Virus record (IMG/VR): IMGVR_UViG_3300021426_000077
Span: 1 to 64,000 of that record
DNA: 64,000 nucleotides
Reading direction: 5' to 3' (one strand)
From: a virus
Lineage: Duplodnaviria > Caudoviricetes
The position numbers and the translations under genes were made by a program. The notes beneath the pieces are model-generated. The model had not been told where the DNA came from, made no database searches, and saw only the letters and a program-made list of their open reading frames with translations. Of the stretch, positions 61,572-64,000 are shown piece after piece. Each line of letters starts with the position of its first letter. The stretch's first letter is position 1.

Positions 61572-63320
61572 TTAATTATAAAACATAAAGTCTTTAATAT
61601 TTCTTCTTTTAATTTTCTTTGAACGATCTTCTTGTAATTTACAATAATATAAACCATAAATTAGAGCAGAAAACTTATCTTTTTTAATCTTTTTTGAATT
61701 CTGTTTTAAAATAATATTTGCACCTTCATTATCTGTAATTAAATTAGCCATTTGTTCTTTTAAAATAGAAGTTTGAACAAATGGCATCAGATAATCTGCA
61801 CGTTGAGATTGAGACATTTTCTTACCTTGAGCTTGTGACATTAATTTATTCTTCGCGGTAGTCTCGTCAATTAGAAATAACACGCGGCCCGCATTAATCT
61901 CTGACTGAGTATAAGAATACATTTCTGAGTTAAGACCAACATTAGCTTTCATTATATACATAGCTTCATATATTGTATTTTCAGTTTTCATATTTTTGTA
62001 ATGATTATCTTCATCATTCATAACGCCCCAATTATAGAGCGTTTCTCCCGTGTCTGGATCTACAGTATCCATTGTCAACATATCAACAAGACCTGCGCCT
62101 AAACCGTTACCGTCGATAACCGCAACTTTACAGTGATATTGCTGGAATAAACGCTTTAATTTAAGAGCTTGCATACCAAAATGCTCTTCCTCAAAACTGT
62201 AAATATTAACAACTCGTTTGCGGGGAATATCGCCAGAACTAGGAGTGACCTTAATAATAACTGCTTCTGTAGAACAACCAAATCTACCAACGTCAACACC
62301 AATTACATAATAACCATCTTTAGATGTTTTGCTAGAATATTTTCATTCCGGAAGATTAATACGGCGATTGCGATCAAATCTTTCTGAATTAAAGAAGGCA
62401 GACTCTACATCGCCTGACCAATGAGATTCATACTCACGTTCAAAAGAATCCTCATTAAAAGTACCATCTTCGCGTAAATCCCGCACGAAATTCTTACTAA
62501 GAAGACCTTCCATTACAGGAACTCTCCAAGAGCCACCTAAAATCATAGCTTCTTTTGGACGCGCTACAGACATGCAAAGTAACTGAATAAGTTTCTCATA
62601 GCTAAATGTGCCTTTATAGCCTGCTGAAGTTACAAAAATTTGTGATTTATTTAATTGCTCTTTTGGATCAGTCTGACCTTGAATCATACGGTCAACATTA
62701 AGTGTAGGAAGTAAAACTTCATTAAGAAGATCTTGATCTAAGCTTACACATTCCTCCGCAAGTAAACTTTGAAAACGACGTCCACGAGTCTTTTCACTTT
62801 GAGCAACATTTTCTAGAGAACTGCCATTTTTAAAAGTATAAATAACAGTATCTTTTGTGCGGGATGTTCGAGCACGTGTACCTCTAGTATCTCATATAAT
62901 TTCTCGTTCCATTGCTGGAATAAGTTTACAAATTTCGTCTACTTTTCCGCCAAGAATTTCTGCAGATTGTCCTTTACCGCCCGCAACAGTAGCTATTTTA
63001 GCACCAGGATAAAGAACACATCGCAACATTAATGCCATAATAGAAATAAAAGACTTGGATCAAGCACGAACGAAAGTCGCATAGACATATTTATGTCTAA
63101 AAATAATTCGTAAAAACATTCTTTGATAAAAATAAAATTTAAAATTATATGGATTTCCAAGAGATAGATAGTAATCAACTAATTTATCTGGATAAAGACG
63201 TCAATAAGCAATTAATTTTTGATATTCTGATAAATTATTATGTACATGTAATTTAATTGTTTCATCATCTAAATCTATATCTTTTTTATTAGATGTTTTT
63301 AATATATCTCTAAGAGCCAT
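61572..63320 (-). CDS. Terminase large subunit, 582 aa
   Basis: FVRAW(TGA)SKSF P-loop, RGRRF..LLAEE, IFVTSAG, FEREYESHW, YVIGVDVGR, VIDGNGLGAGLVD, KDKFSA. Confidence 0.92.
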
Positions 63321-64000
63321 TAAATATCACCTGCTAAGAATCTTTCAAGAGCTTCGGCTTCAGCTTCAACTTCATTATCAATGAAATTACCCCAATCTTC
63401 AGCTTCTTCATCTGTGAGTGTTTCTGCCTCAGCCTCTTCCGCAGACGTTACAAGGCCCGCATTTAAATCAATTTCTGAATTTTCAGCTTTCTCAAGCTTC
63501 TCAATATAAGATTCAATTAGATCGCCAAGACCTAATTCTTCACTTACAAGAGCATAATTATAAGCTTTAAGGTCTTTAATAGTAAAGTCTATTTTATCTT
63601 GCGGATACTGGTCTGGATCAAATTGTGGTAAATTAGGAATTATACCTCCATCTTGTTCACAAAGACGTACTAATTCTCCAATAGAAGAGAGAACTTGCTG
63701 TCTATCTTCTTTATTTTGAGCTTCAGTAAACTTACCGCCTTTGCGGAGTTGGTCAAACACGCCCGCGAGATTCTTATATCCTGTTAAATCTCCAACATCT
63801 AAACATTCATCCATTTTAAGAGATGTTTTGCACATCTTTTTTAAAACTTCTTCTCGGTCTGTATTTAATTCGTACTCTTGGGCATATTTATTATACATTG
63901 TTTCCATTTTAATTCATTGTTCTGGAGTATAAACAGTACCTCATTTTAGCATTAAATAATTTATATCTTCTTCTGTGAGTTGATCTGTCCAATAAGTAGC
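63320..64000 (-). CDS. Terminase small subunit-like protein (5' partial)
   Basis: LMLKW(TGA)GTVYTPEQW(TGA)IKME...KKMCKTSL...SIGELV...DKID; stop overlaps the terminase ATG. Confidence 0.6.

Noticed and set aside
2855-63932. Plus-strand and off-frame short ORFs in the track (e.g. 3492-3755, 16153-16419, 26821-27129, 41334-41675, 49752-50153, 56783-57061)
   Set aside because: They are antisense or alternate-frame shadows of longer code-4 genes, with no recognisable motifs.
86-64000. TGA as Gly (code 25) or selenocysteine
   Set aside because: The contexts are Trp motifs, and paralogs interchange TGA with TGG.
1-64000. Suppressor tRNA-Trp(UCA) or release factor gene
   Set aside because: Intergenic gaps are short and I recognised no cloverleaf or RF motifs; if present they lie outside this window.

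Overview
64 kb segment of a large, AT-rich tailed (sipho-like, no sheath gene seen) bacteriophage. Almost the whole window is one minus-strand late module: terminase small/large, endonuclease, portal, prohead protease-scaffold, decoration and major capsid proteins, two glycosyltransferases, neck genes, major tail protein, a 2,936-aa tape measure protein, baseplate and many tail-fibre/adhesin genes with a third glycosyltransferase, then holin and CHAP endolysin. It converges on a plus-strand dUTPase end and RuvC-like resolvase. The supplied code-11 ORF track is fragmented because the phage reads TGA as Trp (code 4): the fragments are in frame, the TGAs sit at conserved Trp positions, and every gene end I traced is TAA or TAG. 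Coordinates below are code-4 reconstructions made by hand; for the longest genes frame continuity was checked through the ORF fragments and spot translation, not codon by codon. Highlights: (1) TGA recoding that spares the high-copy virion proteins but interrupts lysis, packaging and tail genes; (2) a non-splicing-type Hint domain (C...HN-K) inside the tape measure protein; (3) a probable -1 frameshift extension of the major tail protein; (4) glycosyltransferases beside capsid and Thr-rich fibre genes; (5) three tandem paralogous tail-tip modules; (6) a mirror-nested fibre protein; (7) a candidate phage late-promoter motif and a holin-leader RNA switch. No tRNA, CRISPR array, integrase or transposase was recognised.
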